Below are positions 45,833-58,308 of a stretch of DNA of 64,000 bases, one piece after another. Below the pieces are notes generated by a model. It was given only the letters and a program-made list of their open reading frames with translations. It was not told the DNA's origin and ran no database searches. This stretch comes from Eledone cirrhosa (lineage: Eukaryota): assembly GCA_964016885.1 (NCBI GenBank), contig CAXHJY010000353.1, positions 1-64,000 on the forward strand, read 5' to 3'. The stretch's first letter is position 1, and each line of letters starts with the position of its first letter. The position numbers and the translations under genes were made by a program.

Positions 45833-46602
45833 GTATATTTATTGATAATAACAACAATTCAAAATATCAGTTCAAAATTGACCAATGAAAACACAAAGGG
45901 TTAAAAGCAGTTTGGTGTGTGTATATACATGTAAAAACCTTACACATATTTTACAATAATGTGTGTATAATTTGTATGTGCATACTAAAAAGATGGATGC
46001 AAACACAAAATTTCAAGGTTAATATCTCTGTAAGCTTAATGCGCTGATAAGATACGCAATGATACTTATGGAGTCAAGCATATAAATATATTTTTTTCAT
46101 ACTCACACATATCAGTATAATCACACATACATGTGCGTATATGCATAAATATACACATAACCACGAACATACAAACACACACACTCCCCCACTCACATTT
46201 ATATATGTGGATATAAAATCATAAGCAAATAGAAATTAAGTCACTCACATAAAAACACTGGTACACACATTTCAAGATCAAGATACAGAAATTAGGTGGG
46301 AGGGGGGGGGGGAGGGGTCAGTATTAGATTGTCAGACCAGACCGCCTAATATAAATGTATCTATAAATTAAGAAAAATAAAAAAATAAAAACAATAAAAT
46401 ATAATAAATATAATATAATGTACATACACATACAGATATACATACACATACATACATGTACGCGCACATAGAGATATTTACACATACATACATACACACA
46501 TACCTATACAGTCATACACACACATACATTTACACGAACATACACATACACATATAAAAAGATATAAATACACACACACTCACACGCAACACATACACAC
46601 AT

Positions 46603-46643
<41 letters not shown>

Positions 46644-47023
46644 TACACACACACATAGACTCATATATATATATATACACATACACATATATATACAAAC
46701 ATATATATCCACACACTCATACCACCATAAATACACATACAAACACCCACACGTATATATATATATATATATATATATATCCACATACACACACGTACAC
46801 ATATATATATATATACATATATACACATACATATATATATATACACACACATAAAAAACAGACATGCACATATATATATATATATATAAATATATTTCAT
46901 TACTCTTATATATACACATAGTATATATACATACACAACCTCACTTATACACATATACACATAAGTTATATTACAATAATAATAAAGAATAATATATATA
47001 TATATATATATATACATACACAT

Positions 47024-47056
<33 letters not shown>

Positions 47057-47151
47057 TATATACATACACATACATACATACACCTAAATATATACATACA
47101 TAAATACACACATACGAATAAAGACATATATTCACACATAGACACCTATAT

Positions 47152-47234
<83 letters not shown>

Positions 47235-48967
47235 CACACACACACACACACACAGACACACATACACACTCACATATATATATATATATATGTGTATGTG
47301 AGTGTGCGCAAATACACATATATATACACACACACATACAAACACACACAAACACATACATATGCATACGTGCACACACACACACATATATCACATAGAT
47401 ACGAAGATAAACATATAAATAGAGAGACATACAAATATATACAGAACCCATATACACATACATACAAACACGCATATATATATACATACATATATACACA
47501 TATATATATTCCTATATACAAGCATACACATACATACACATATATACATATACATACACATATACATACCACACATTCACATACACATACATATATAATA
47601 CATATATATACATATATATACATACATATGTATGTACAATCATATATACACACTCAATCTTACATTATATTTACATGCTCATATATGTATTTTTATATTT
47701 AGAAATAAATACCAAAACCTATATAGACACCCACCTACACATATATTCATACATATACGCTTACAAAAACAGATGATAATAGTATGGGGGAAAGGGGGGG
47801 TTTGGAGAAGGGGATCAAAGTAAATATATGTTTCAAGAAACATATAATATTTTCCGTATCTTAATTCAATGTATGTTCTTACATATTTTCAGTGCTAGGA
47901 AATACGAAATCTATGCATCTCAAAATAAAAAAGTATACCATTAATCATATGTTAACTAAACCAAAGATAGTCAACATATTGATTTCCAAGGTGTAAATTA
48001 GTTAGGTTTATAATATTTGAAGCAGAATTATGAAGTCAAACAGTAGTAGATTATTAATTACATTATAACTAAATTAAAGTTAATAACGTTATGGTATCAA
48101 TATTAGGAGATGAATTTAGTAATAGGGAAAAGAAACCCAAATAAAAATAAAATAAAGTATTACATCGGTAGTAGCATATAAATTATATGTTAACTAAATT
48201 AAAAATTATATATTTATTTCAATAGTATACGTTAATTAGTATATGTTAATTAGGTATACAATACATAAAGCAGATATTGTATTTCATCAATAGCATAATA
48301 TAATTATATGCAAATAAAAATCAAAATTAAAACGCATACATATACATATACATACACATACACATACATATACATATACACACATATATATATATATATA
48401 CATATATATACACATATATACATATATAGTCACATAAATATACATAGAGATACACATACAACACACACATATACATATACATATAGATATACATATCTTT
48501 TTCAAAAAATTGCACAGAATATATTAACTAGGTATATATCCAAAACACATCCCATTCTATGATTACATGACATTCTGCAATTCGTCTGTACAAGGATACT
48601 AATTTTAAGCAAATTAAAATTAAAGTTTTAGGTTGATTAAAACTAAAACCAAATAATAAATATATTTCCAAAATGTATATTAATTAGGTCTATAATACTA
48701 AAAATTCTTTCTCCGTCATAGGATACATGATATTATTTTGTTATATTTTATCTGTAAAAGAATTATAATAAAAAAAATTATAATAAAAGGTTAAAATAAA
48801 TTAAAATTAATCTATAAATTAAATTACTGAGTATATATTAGTAATATTTAAAGGTTTTTCAAAATTTATGATTACATAATATTTTCTCATCTGTAATAAA
48901 ATATTAATTAAATTAAATTTATAGGTTAACTAACATTTAAATTAAATTAAATTCTAGAATAATGTTA

Positions 48968-51106
48968 TTAATTAGGTTTATAATATTTAAATGTTTTTTT
49001 TAGTTTATGATTACACGATATAATTAATTCCTGTCTTTTATTTAATAAGATATCCCTAGACTTCATTATTTCAAATAGTTCTTGGGAACATAATCTACAT
49101 TCCTTTCTATTATTTTGATAAGGGGTGGCTCTTTTGAGCACACTCCAGGTCAAATCATATTTTATATTTTTATTTTTATAACTATTGATTTTTTCTGCTA
49201 GAGATGTTGTATTAGCCAGTGCGGCATTTTTAAAACTATGTTTGTGGGTATTATACCTTGTCTTAAAATTGTTAGAGGTAGCTCCTATATATGAGCAAAT
49301 AGAATCTTTAGTTTTAACATTACATTTATAGACTATGTTGTTAACAAGACAATTCCCTTTTAATGGGCAGTTTGTTTTGTTTCTACAGTTACATCCTTTC
49401 GTTAATTCTGTATTTGGGGAGATATTATTGTTAATTTGATGTACTGGTGGTATACTTATGGTTTTCTTACATTTATATGCATTATATGCACTTATATTTT
49501 GTTTTATGTTATTTGTTGTAGAGTATGAGAATTTAACTGTAGACCTATTTAAGATTTGATGGTATTTGTGGTTTGGCGGGAAGTTTTTCTCAAGGATATA
49601 AAAAAATTTTTTAGCAATATTATCCTTAACTTGTAAATTAAAAGGAGCATTATACCAAGTAACTCGTCTATTACGGTTTCTATGTTGTTTATTATTTTTA
49701 TTATTTTTATATGTTGTATCATGATTTTTACTAGGAGGATTAATGTTAATGATCTCACCACAACTATTTTTAGTTATATTTGTAGATTTAGGTGTTTTAT
49801 CTTTTTTATTAGGAGTTTTATTATTAATATTTATTATAGTTGTATGATGAGTAGTTTTTTGAGGGTTACTATACTTTATATTAGAAGATTTAGTATTTTG
49901 GGGTATACTGTGGGTGGCATTTAGGTGTGTACTTTTCATTTGGTGTTTGTTGGTAATATTATGCTGTATGCTTTCAGTATTTTTAGTAGAAGGTATATAC
50001 TCTAATCTATTTTTGTGGCCACTTCTATCTAGAGCTTCATTATAAAAGGTCGCATTTTTATCAAATACATCTTGGTTAGAAGAAAGGTTAGAAATTCTAA
50101 GTGATATATTATATGCAAGGTTTTTAAGGATAGATTTAGGGTGATTAGATTGTGAGTGTATGTAATGTAAGTTTTGGTTAGGTTTATGGTAAGGTTGGTA
50201 TATACCCGTAGCTAAATCTAAAGTTATATCTAGGAAATTTACTACTTTACTTGTTTTTTCAAAAGTAATATTAAGATTATAATAGTCTTTAAGGAAAGTT
50301 CTAATATGCTTTTTGTTTTTTTCGATTTCTGAAAGGCTAAGGTTGTTAGAAAGAAGAAGACAGTCATCACGATATAAACCACCTTTGAGGTGGGGAAAAG
50401 AGGCATTTATGTTGAAAAGGAGAAAGAGGCCCACAAGATCAGTAATTTGGGCGGAATCGCTTGAACCCATAGTAATATCAAAAAGATTACTGTATGTGTT
50501 TCTGGTCCAGTATTCATTCTGAAATTCAATAAGTGTTTGTCTAGCATGTGTAATAATGTTAATGTCATCCGAAGTTAAATTAGATCTATTTTTAGCAAAT
50601 ATTAATGCTTTGTTCAGGAGTATGGGTGATATAGAAGAATAGTAATTATCTATATCAAATTGTAGGAAAGAAGCAGAAGATTTACACCTAATATTTTTAA
50701 ACCAATTAATTACCTGGGAGGTGTTTTCCCAGAGTGGTAAAATAACGTATTTTCTTATTTGTGGGATGACTCTATCTAAAATTTTTTTGCTAATTATTCC
50801 AATATCTGATTTGGAGGGACATATAAGTCTAATAGAAGGATTAGAGTTAAAGTTAGATTTGTGATCTTTCAGGTTGAAGTGTGGTCTTTTCAATGCCAAA
50901 GGTTCAGTTCTATCTTCAATATTTAGTTTTTTTACTATGTTGTGTGTTTTGTTGTTGATGTTGGTGAGTGACACATTATTAGATTTTTTATAATTTTTTC
51001 TGAGTTCTTTATATATGAACTCATTATAATGTTCAATATCCATATGATACAAGTTACCAGTTTTGTCCGAGTGGACATGGATTTTTTTAGACTTTTTTAG
51101 GTCCAA
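48968..51106 (-). CDS. Penelope-like RT + GIY-YIG endonuclease, N-terminally truncated (probably Hydra clade)
   Basis: Motifs DKTGNLY, FLQFDIDNYY, MGSSDSA, GLYRDD, VNFLDITL, CNCRNKTNCP (CxCx5C), IVYKC..SYIGAT..FKTRY..H. Uninterrupted 712 codons; the called start is TTG. Confidence 0.92.
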   Translation of the reverse strand: MDLKKSKKIHVHSDKTGNLYHMDIEHYNEFIYKELRKNYKKSNNVSLTNINNKTHNIVKKLNIEDRTEPLALKRPHFNLKDHKSNFNSNPSIRLICPSKSDIGIISKKILDRVIPQIRKYVILPLWENTSQVINWFKNIRCKSSASFLQFDIDNYYSSISPILLNKALIFAKNRSNLTSDDINIITHARQTLIEFQNEYWTRNTYSNLFDITMGSSDSAQITDLVGLFLLFNINASFPHLKGGLYRDDCLLLSNNLSLSEIEKNKKHIRTFLKDYYNLNITFEKTSKVVNFLDITLDLATGIYQPYHKPNQNLHYIHSQSNHPKSILKNLAYNISLRISNLSSNQDVFDKNATFYNEALDRSGHKNRLEYIPSTKNTESIQHNITNKHQMKSTHLNATHSIPQNTKSSNIKYSNPQKTTHHTTIININNKTPNKKDKTPKSTNITKNSCGEIININPPSKNHDTTYKNNKNNKQHRNRNRRVTWYNAPFNLQVKDNIAKKFFYILEKNFPPNHKYHQILNRSTVKFSYSTTNNIKQNISAYNAYKCKKTISIPPVHQINNNISPNTELTKGCNCRNKTNCPLKGNCLVNNIVYKCNVKTKDSICSYIGATSNNFKTRYNTHKHSFKNAALANTTSLAEKINSYKNKNIKYDLTWSVLKRATPYQNNRKECRLCSQELFEIMKSRDILLNKRQELIISCNHKLKKTFKYYKPN

Positions 51107-51159
51107 TAGGGTAGAATCAATCTAAAAAAATCCATGTCCACTCGGACAAAACTGGTAAC

Positions 51160-53244
51160 TTGTATCATATGGATATTGAACATTATAATGAGTTCATATA
51201 TAAAGAACTCAGAAAAAATTATAAAAAATCTAATAATGTGTCACTCACCAACATCAACAACAAAACACACAACATAGTAAAAAAACTAAATATTGAAGAT
51301 AGAACTGAACCTTTGGCATTGAAAAGACCACACTTCAACCTGAAAGATCACAAATCTAACTTTAACTCTAATCCTTCTATTAGACTTATATGTCCCTCCA
51401 AATCAGATATTGGAATAATTAGCAAAAAAATTTTAGATAGAGTCATCCCACAAATAAGAAAATACGTTATTTTACCACTCTGGGAAAACACCTCCCAGGT
51501 AATTAATTGGTTTAAAAATATTAGGTGTAAATCTTCTGCTTCTTTCCTACAATTTGATATAGATAATTACTATTCTTCTATATCACCCATACTCCTGAAC
51601 AAAGCATTAATATTTGCTAAAAATAGATCTAATTTAACTTCGGATGACATTAACATTATTACACATGCTAGACAAACACTTATTGAATTTCAGAATGAAT
51701 ACTGGACCAGAAACACATACAGTAATCTTTTTGATATTACTATGGGTTCAAGCGATTCCGCCCAAATTACTGATCTTGTGGGCCTCTTTCTCCTTTTCAA
51801 CATAAATGCCTCTTTTCCCCACCTCAAAGGTGGTTTATATCGTGATGACTGTCTTCTTCTTTCTAACAACCTTAGCCTTTCAGAAATCGAAAAAAACAAA
51901 AAGCATATTAGAACTTTCCTTAAAGACTATTATAATCTTAATATTACTTTTGAAAAAACAAGTAAAGTAGTAAATTTCCTAGATATAACTTTAGATTTAG
52001 CTACGGGTATATACCAACCTTACCATAAACCTAACCAAAACTTACATTACATACACTCACAATCTAATCACCCTAAATCTATCCTTAAAAACCTTGCATA
52101 TAATATATCACTTAGAATTTCTAACCTTTCTTCTAACCAAGATGTATTTGATAAAAATGCGACCTTTTATAATGAAGCTCTAGATAGAAGTGGCCACAAA
52201 AATAGATTAGAGTATATACCTTCTACTAAAAATACTGAAAGCATACAGCATAATATTACCAACAAACACCAAATGAAAAGTACACACCTAAATGCCACCC
52301 ACAGTATACCCCAAAATACTAAATCTTCTAATATAAAGTATAGTAACCCTCAAAAAACTACTCATCATACAACTATAATAAATATTAATAATAAAACTCC
52401 TAATAAAAAAGATAAAACACCTAAATCTACAAATATAACTAAAAATAGTTGTGGTGAGATCATTAACATTAATCCTCCTAGTAAAAATCATGATACAACA
52501 TATAAAAATAATAAAAATAATAAACAACATAGAAACCGTAATAGACGAGTTACTTGGTATAATGCTCCTTTTAATTTACAAGTTAAGGATAATATTGCTA
52601 AAAAATTTTTTTATATCCTTGAGAAAAACTTCCCGCCAAACCACAAATACCATCAAATCTTAAATAGGTCTACAGTTAAATTCTCATACTCTACAACAAA
52701 TAACATAAAACAAAATATAAGTGCATATAATGCATATAAATGTAAGAAAACCATAAGTATACCACCAGTACATCAAATTAACAATAATATCTCCTCAAAT
52801 ACAGAATTAACGAAAGGATGTAACTGTAGAAACAAAACAAACTGCCCATTAAAAGGGAATTGTCTTGTTAACAACATAGTCTATAAATGTAATGTTAAAA
52901 CTAAAGATTCTATTTGCTCATATATAGGAGCTACCTCTAACAATTTTAAGACAAGGTATAATACCCACAAACATAGTTTTAAAAATGCCGCACTGGCTAA
53001 TACAACATCTCTAGCAGAAAAAATCAATAGTTATAAAAATAAAAATATAAAATATGATTTGACCTGGAGTGTGCTCAAAAGAGCCACCCCTTATCAAAAT
53101 AATAGAAAGGAATGTAGATTATGTTCCCAAGAACTATTTGAAATAATGAAGTCTAGGGATATCTTATTAAATAAAAGACAGGAATTAATTATATCGTGTA
53201 ATCATAAATTAAAAAAAACATTTAAATATTATAAACCTAATTAA
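51160..53244 (+). CDS. Penelope-like RT + GIY-YIG endonuclease, N-terminally truncated
   Basis: Same protein as the minus-strand ORF except NNISSN vs NNISPN. The frame is open from 51121 and the first ATG is at 51169. Confidence 0.92.
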   Translation: MYHMDIEHYNEFIYKELRKNYKKSNNVSLTNINNKTHNIVKKLNIEDRTEPLALKRPHFNLKDHKSNFNSNPSIRLICPSKSDIGIISKKILDRVIPQIRKYVILPLWENTSQVINWFKNIRCKSSASFLQFDIDNYYSSISPILLNKALIFAKNRSNLTSDDINIITHARQTLIEFQNEYWTRNTYSNLFDITMGSSDSAQITDLVGLFLLFNINASFPHLKGGLYRDDCLLLSNNLSLSEIEKNKKHIRTFLKDYYNLNITFEKTSKVVNFLDITLDLATGIYQPYHKPNQNLHYIHSQSNHPKSILKNLAYNISLRISNLSSNQDVFDKNATFYNEALDRSGHKNRLEYIPSTKNTESIQHNITNKHQMKSTHLNATHSIPQNTKSSNIKYSNPQKTTHHTTIININNKTPNKKDKTPKSTNITKNSCGEIININPPSKNHDTTYKNNKNNKQHRNRNRRVTWYNAPFNLQVKDNIAKKFFYILEKNFPPNHKYHQILNRSTVKFSYSTTNNIKQNISAYNAYKCKKTISIPPVHQINNNISSNTELTKGCNCRNKTNCPLKGNCLVNNIVYKCNVKTKDSICSYIGATSNNFKTRYNTHKHSFKNAALANTTSLAEKINSYKNKNIKYDLTWSVLKRATPYQNNRKECRLCSQELFEIMKSRDILLNKRQELIISCNHKLKKTFKYYKPN

Positions 53245-54977
53245 TAACATTATTCTAGAATTTAATTTAATTTAAATGTTAGTTAACCTATAAATTTAAT
53301 TTAATTAATATTTTATTACAGATGAGAAAATATTATGTAATCATAAATTTTGAAAAACCTTTAAATATTACTAATATATACTCAGTAATTTAATTTATAG
53401 ATTAATTTTAATTTATTTTAACCTTTTATTATAATTTTTTTTATTATAATTCTTTTACAGATAAAATATAACAAAATAATATCATGTATCCTATGACGGA
53501 GAAAGAATTTTTAGTATTATAGACCTAATTAATATACATTTTGGAAATATATTTATTATTTGGTTTTAGTTTTAATCAACCTAAAACTTTAATTTTAATT
53601 TGCTTAAAATTAGTATCCTTGTACAGACGAATTGCAGAATGTCATGTAATCATAGAATGGGATGTGTTTTGGATATATACCTAGTTAATATATTCTGTGC
53701 AATTTTTTGAAAAAGATATGTATATCTATATGTATATGTATATGTGTGTGTTGTATGTGTATCTCTATGTATATTTATGTGACTATATATGTATATATGT
53801 GTATATATATGTATATATATATATATATGTGTGTATATGTATATGTATGTGTATGTGTATGTATATGTATATGTATGCGTTTTAATTTTGATTTTTATTT
53901 GCATATAATTATATTATGCTATTGATGAAATACAATATCTGCTTTATGTATTGTATACCTAATTAACATATACTAATTAACGTATACTATTGAAATAAAT
54001 ATATAATTTTTAATTTAGTTAACATATAATTTATATGCTACTACCGATGTAATACTTTATTTTATTTTTATTTGGGTTTCTTTTCCCTATTACTAAATTC
54101 ATCTCCTAATATTGATACCATAACGTTATTAACTTTAATTTAGTTATAATGTAATTAATAATCTACTACTGTTTGACTTCATAATTCTGCTTCAAATATT
54201 ATAAACCTAACTAATTTACACCTTGGAAATCAATATGTTGACTATCTTTGGTTTAGTTAACATATGATTAATGGTATACTTTTTTATTTTGAGATGCATA
54301 GATTTCGTATTTCCTAGCACTGAAAATATGTAAGAACATACATTGAATTAAGATACGGAAAATATTATATGTTTCTTGAAACATATATTTACTTTGATCC
54401 CCTTCTCCAAACCCCCCCTTTCCCCCATACTATTATCATCTGTTTTTGTAAGCGTATATGTATGAATATATGTGTAGGTGGGTGTCTATATAGGTTTTGG
54501 TATTTATTTCTAAATATAAAAATACATATATGAGCATGTAAATATAATGTAAGATTGAGTGTGTATATATGATTGTACATACATATGTATGTATATATAT
54601 GTATATATATGTATTATATATGTATGTGTATGTGAATGTGTGGTATGTATATGTGTATGTATATGTATATATGTGTATGTATGTGTATGCTTGTATATAG
54701 GAATATATATATGTGTATATATGTATGTATATATATATGCGTGTTTGTATGTATGTGTATATGGGTTCTGTATATATTTGTATGTCTCTCTATTTATATG
54801 TTTATCTTCGTATCTATGTGATATATGTGTGTGTGTGTGCACGTATGCATATGTATGTGTTTGTGTGTGTTTGTATGTGTGTGTGTATATATATGTGTAT
54901 TTGCGCACACTCACATACACATATATATATATATATATGTGAGTGTGTATGTGTGTCTGTGTGTGTGTGTGTGTGTG

Positions 54978-55054
<77 letters not shown>

Positions 55055-55149
55055 ATATAGGTGTCTATGTGTGAATATATGTCTTTATTCGTATGTGTGT
55101 ATTTATGTATGTATATATTTAGGTGTATGTATGTATGTGTATGTATGTA

Positions 55150-55182
<33 letters not shown>

Positions 55183-55562
55183 ATGTGTATGTATATATAT
55201 ATATATATATATATTATTCTTTATTATTATTGTAATATAACTTATGTGTATATGTGTATAAGTGAGGTTGTGTATGTATATATACTATGTGTATATATAA
55301 GAGTAATGAAATATATTTATATATATATATATATATGTGCATGTCTGTTTTTTATGTGTGTGTATATATATATATGTATGTGTATATATGTATATATATA
55401 TATATGTGTACGTGTGTGTATGTGGATATATATATATATATATATATATATACGTGTGGGTGTTTGTATGTGTATTTATGGTGGTATGAGTGTGTGGATA
55501 TATATGTTTGTATATATATGTGTATGTGTATATATATATATATGAGTCTATGTGTGTGTGTA

Positions 55563-55601
<39 letters not shown>

Positions 55602-56373
55602 ATGTGTGTATGTGTTGCGTGTGAGTGTGTGTGTATTTATATCTTTTTATATGTGTATGTGTATGTTCGTGTAAATGTATGTGTGTGTATGACTGTATAG
55701 GTATGTGTGTATGTATGTATGTGTAAATATCTCTATGTGCGCGTACATGTATGTATGTGTATGTATATCTGTATGTGTATGTACATTATATTATATTTAT
55801 TATATTTTATTGTTTTTATTTTTTTATTTTTCTTAATTTATAGATACATTTATATTAGGCGGTCTGGTCTGACAATCTAATACTGACCCCTCCCCCCCCC
55901 CCCCTCCCACCTAATTTCTGTATCTTGATCTTGAAATGTGTGTACCAGTGTTTTTATGTGAGTGACTTAATTTCTATTTGCTTATGATTTTATATCCACA
56001 TATATAAATGTGAGTGGGGGAGTGTGTGTGTTTGTATGTTCGTGGTTATGTGTATATTTATGCATATACGCACATGTATGTGTGATTATACTGATATGTG
56101 TGAGTATGAAAAAAATATATTTATATGCTTGACTCCATAAGTATCATTGCGTATCTTATCAGCGCATTAAGCTTACAGAGATATTAACCTTGAAATTTTT
56201 TGTTTGCATCCATCTTTTTAGTATGCACATACAAATTATACACACATTATTGTAAAATATGTGTAAGGTTTTTACATGTATATACACACACCAAACTGCT
56301 TTTAACCCTTTGTGTTTTCATTGGTCAATTTTGAACTGATATTTTGAATTGTTGTTATTATCAATAAATATAC

Positions 56374-56528
56374 TTCATTATTTCTGAAGACGGCGTATAT
56401 ATGAGTTAGGTATGTATATTTAATCTTGATAATTTGTATAATTTTGTATAATTTTGTACATAGATCTGTTAAATATGCATACCAATTATAACACATATAT
56501 ACCCTAGAAACGATCGTTAAATAGTGAA
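56374..56528 (+). ncRNA. Type I hammerhead ribozyme with ~116-nt stem II
   Basis: ttcattattt-CTGAAGA-[gtatatatgagtta/taacacatatatac and ggtatgtatatttaa/ttaaatatgcatacc helices]-GAAA-cgatcg-TT-aaatagtgaa. Confidence 0.78.
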
Positions 56529-56711
56529 CTTTTTTTGTTTAATATAAGGAATTGTTTGTTCATTATTTGTTTAATATTTTATCTTGACTCTGTATACCGT
56601 TTATCTTTCACCGAAAGTGGATTTTCATTACATCTCTTCTTTCCATGATATCCGGAATACATTGAGTTCTTCATACGGATTGGACACTACCGTAAACTCT
56701 TGGTAGATTTA

Positions 56712-56759
<48 letters not shown>

Positions 56760-56779
56760 CACATATATATATATACACA

Positions 56780-56813
<34 letters not shown>

Positions 56814-57042
56814 CATATATATATATACATATATATATATATACATATATATATATACACACACACACACATGCACATATATATACACACACACAGACAC
56901 ATATATATACATACACACATATATATACACTCACATATACATATACACACATATATATATACATAGATACACACACATATATATATATATATATACATAC
57001 ACACATAATATAAGATCAAAAGATGGTTAAATGAGTTCCAAG

Positions 57043-57110
57043 TATTTTATTATGCGCATTTCAAAAACAAATATCATCATATAGATGATATCTGCGTTTT
57101 CATCAGATAT
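57043..57110 (-). ncRNA. Hammerhead of the 37137 family with truncated stem I
   Basis: Minus strand: tat-CTGATGA-aaacgcagatatcatc..gatgatatttgttttt-GAAA-tgcgca-TA-ataaaata. Confidence 0.7.
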
Positions 57111-57451
57111 CAGATATTTGCATTGCTTTATTGTAATACAATAAAACTCACCTCCTACATACATACACACATATATATATACACATATATATCTATATAC
57201 ACATACACACACACACATACACACACACACATATACACTCACACACACATATACACTCACACACACACATATATATATATATATATAAAGGTTTTTTTAA
57301 ATGTCTCACGCGAGTACAAATATAAGGAAACTAATTTGAAAATGCAACTGGAGTATTTCAAGAATATTTATTTACTGTACCACTTTCACAGTTCTTATGA
57401 TTTTCAAAAGTAAAATTGAGATGGAGGGTTTGTGTTTCTGTTGTGGTTTGT

Positions 57452-57534
<83 letters not shown>

Positions 57535-57536
57535 GT

Positions 57537-57755
57537 GAAAGCGTGTGGCTGAGTTGTTAGAGAATTGGATTCACAATCTTTAGGTTGTGAGTTCGATTCC
57601 TGGACCAGGCGATGCGTTATGTCCTTGAGCAAGACACTTTATTTCACGTTGCTCCATCTACCTGGAGTTGCGGCCGATAGATAGTATTAGCAACTGGAAA
57701 GACCAACGGAAACATTGTTTCCTCGGTCCGATTTGACGAAAATCGATCGATCCTA
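57537..57755 (+). mobile_element. SINE family B
   Basis: Matches 7397-7615. Confidence 0.85.
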
Positions 57756-57763
57756 AAAAAGAG

Positions 57764-57829
<66 letters not shown>

Positions 57830-57940
57830 GGAGTGTAACTTGGAGTTACTGCAGGTTCACCCGAGTGAGCACTCGACGTTTAGGTTCTCTTCTGTGTCGA
57901 GGTGTAGAGCTTGACAGAGTGTATTATAGTAATACACTCT

Positions 57941-58130
57941 GGGCGGTGGAGTGGCAGTATCGGTAGAGGGTCGGACGCCATGCTTTGACGTATAGAGTTA
58001 CGGCCCTTGCCATTCTGAGTTCAAATCCCGCCGAGGTTAACTTTGTCTTTCATCCTTATGGGGTCGATAAAATAAAGTACCAGTAATGCACTGGGTGATT
58101 GCTGGCCTTGTGCCAATAGTAGAATCAATT
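57941..58130 (+). mobile_element. SINE family A
   Basis: Family A head, B-box and core. Confidence 0.8.
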
Positions 58131-58267
58131 ATAGTAATATACCAACCAATAAACGTAATGAAGGAGTAACAAATCGTCCTTGTTTTATTTTATTATATAT
58201 ATATATATATATATATATAATGTGCATATGTATGTATATATGTATACATACACGCACAAACACACAC

Positions 58268-58308
<41 letters not shown>

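Larger units (their letters stand above)
45624..51120 (-). mobile_element. Penelope-like element, inverted copy (5'-truncated, lacks the 3' tail)
   Basis: Reverse complement of 51121-56582. It has 29 extra in-frame nucleotides at its 5' end (DSTLLDLKK). Confidence 0.9.
51121..56712 (+). mobile_element. Penelope-like element, forward copy (5'-truncated) with a long 3' region, hammerhead and ~130-nt tail
   Basis: ORF ends at 53244, hammerhead at 56374-56528, unique tail at 56583-56712 abutting (TA)n. Confidence 0.88.

Noticed and set aside
49549-52663. Small ORFs overlapping the PLE ORFs
   Set aside because: They are alternate-frame or antisense by-products with no independent support.
45624-56582. 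Pure assembly artefact explanation for the palindrome
   Set aside because: Disfavoured but not excluded. The arms carry point differences, both ends coincide with element-specific boundaries, and small elements elsewhere in the window show the same asymmetric-tail design.
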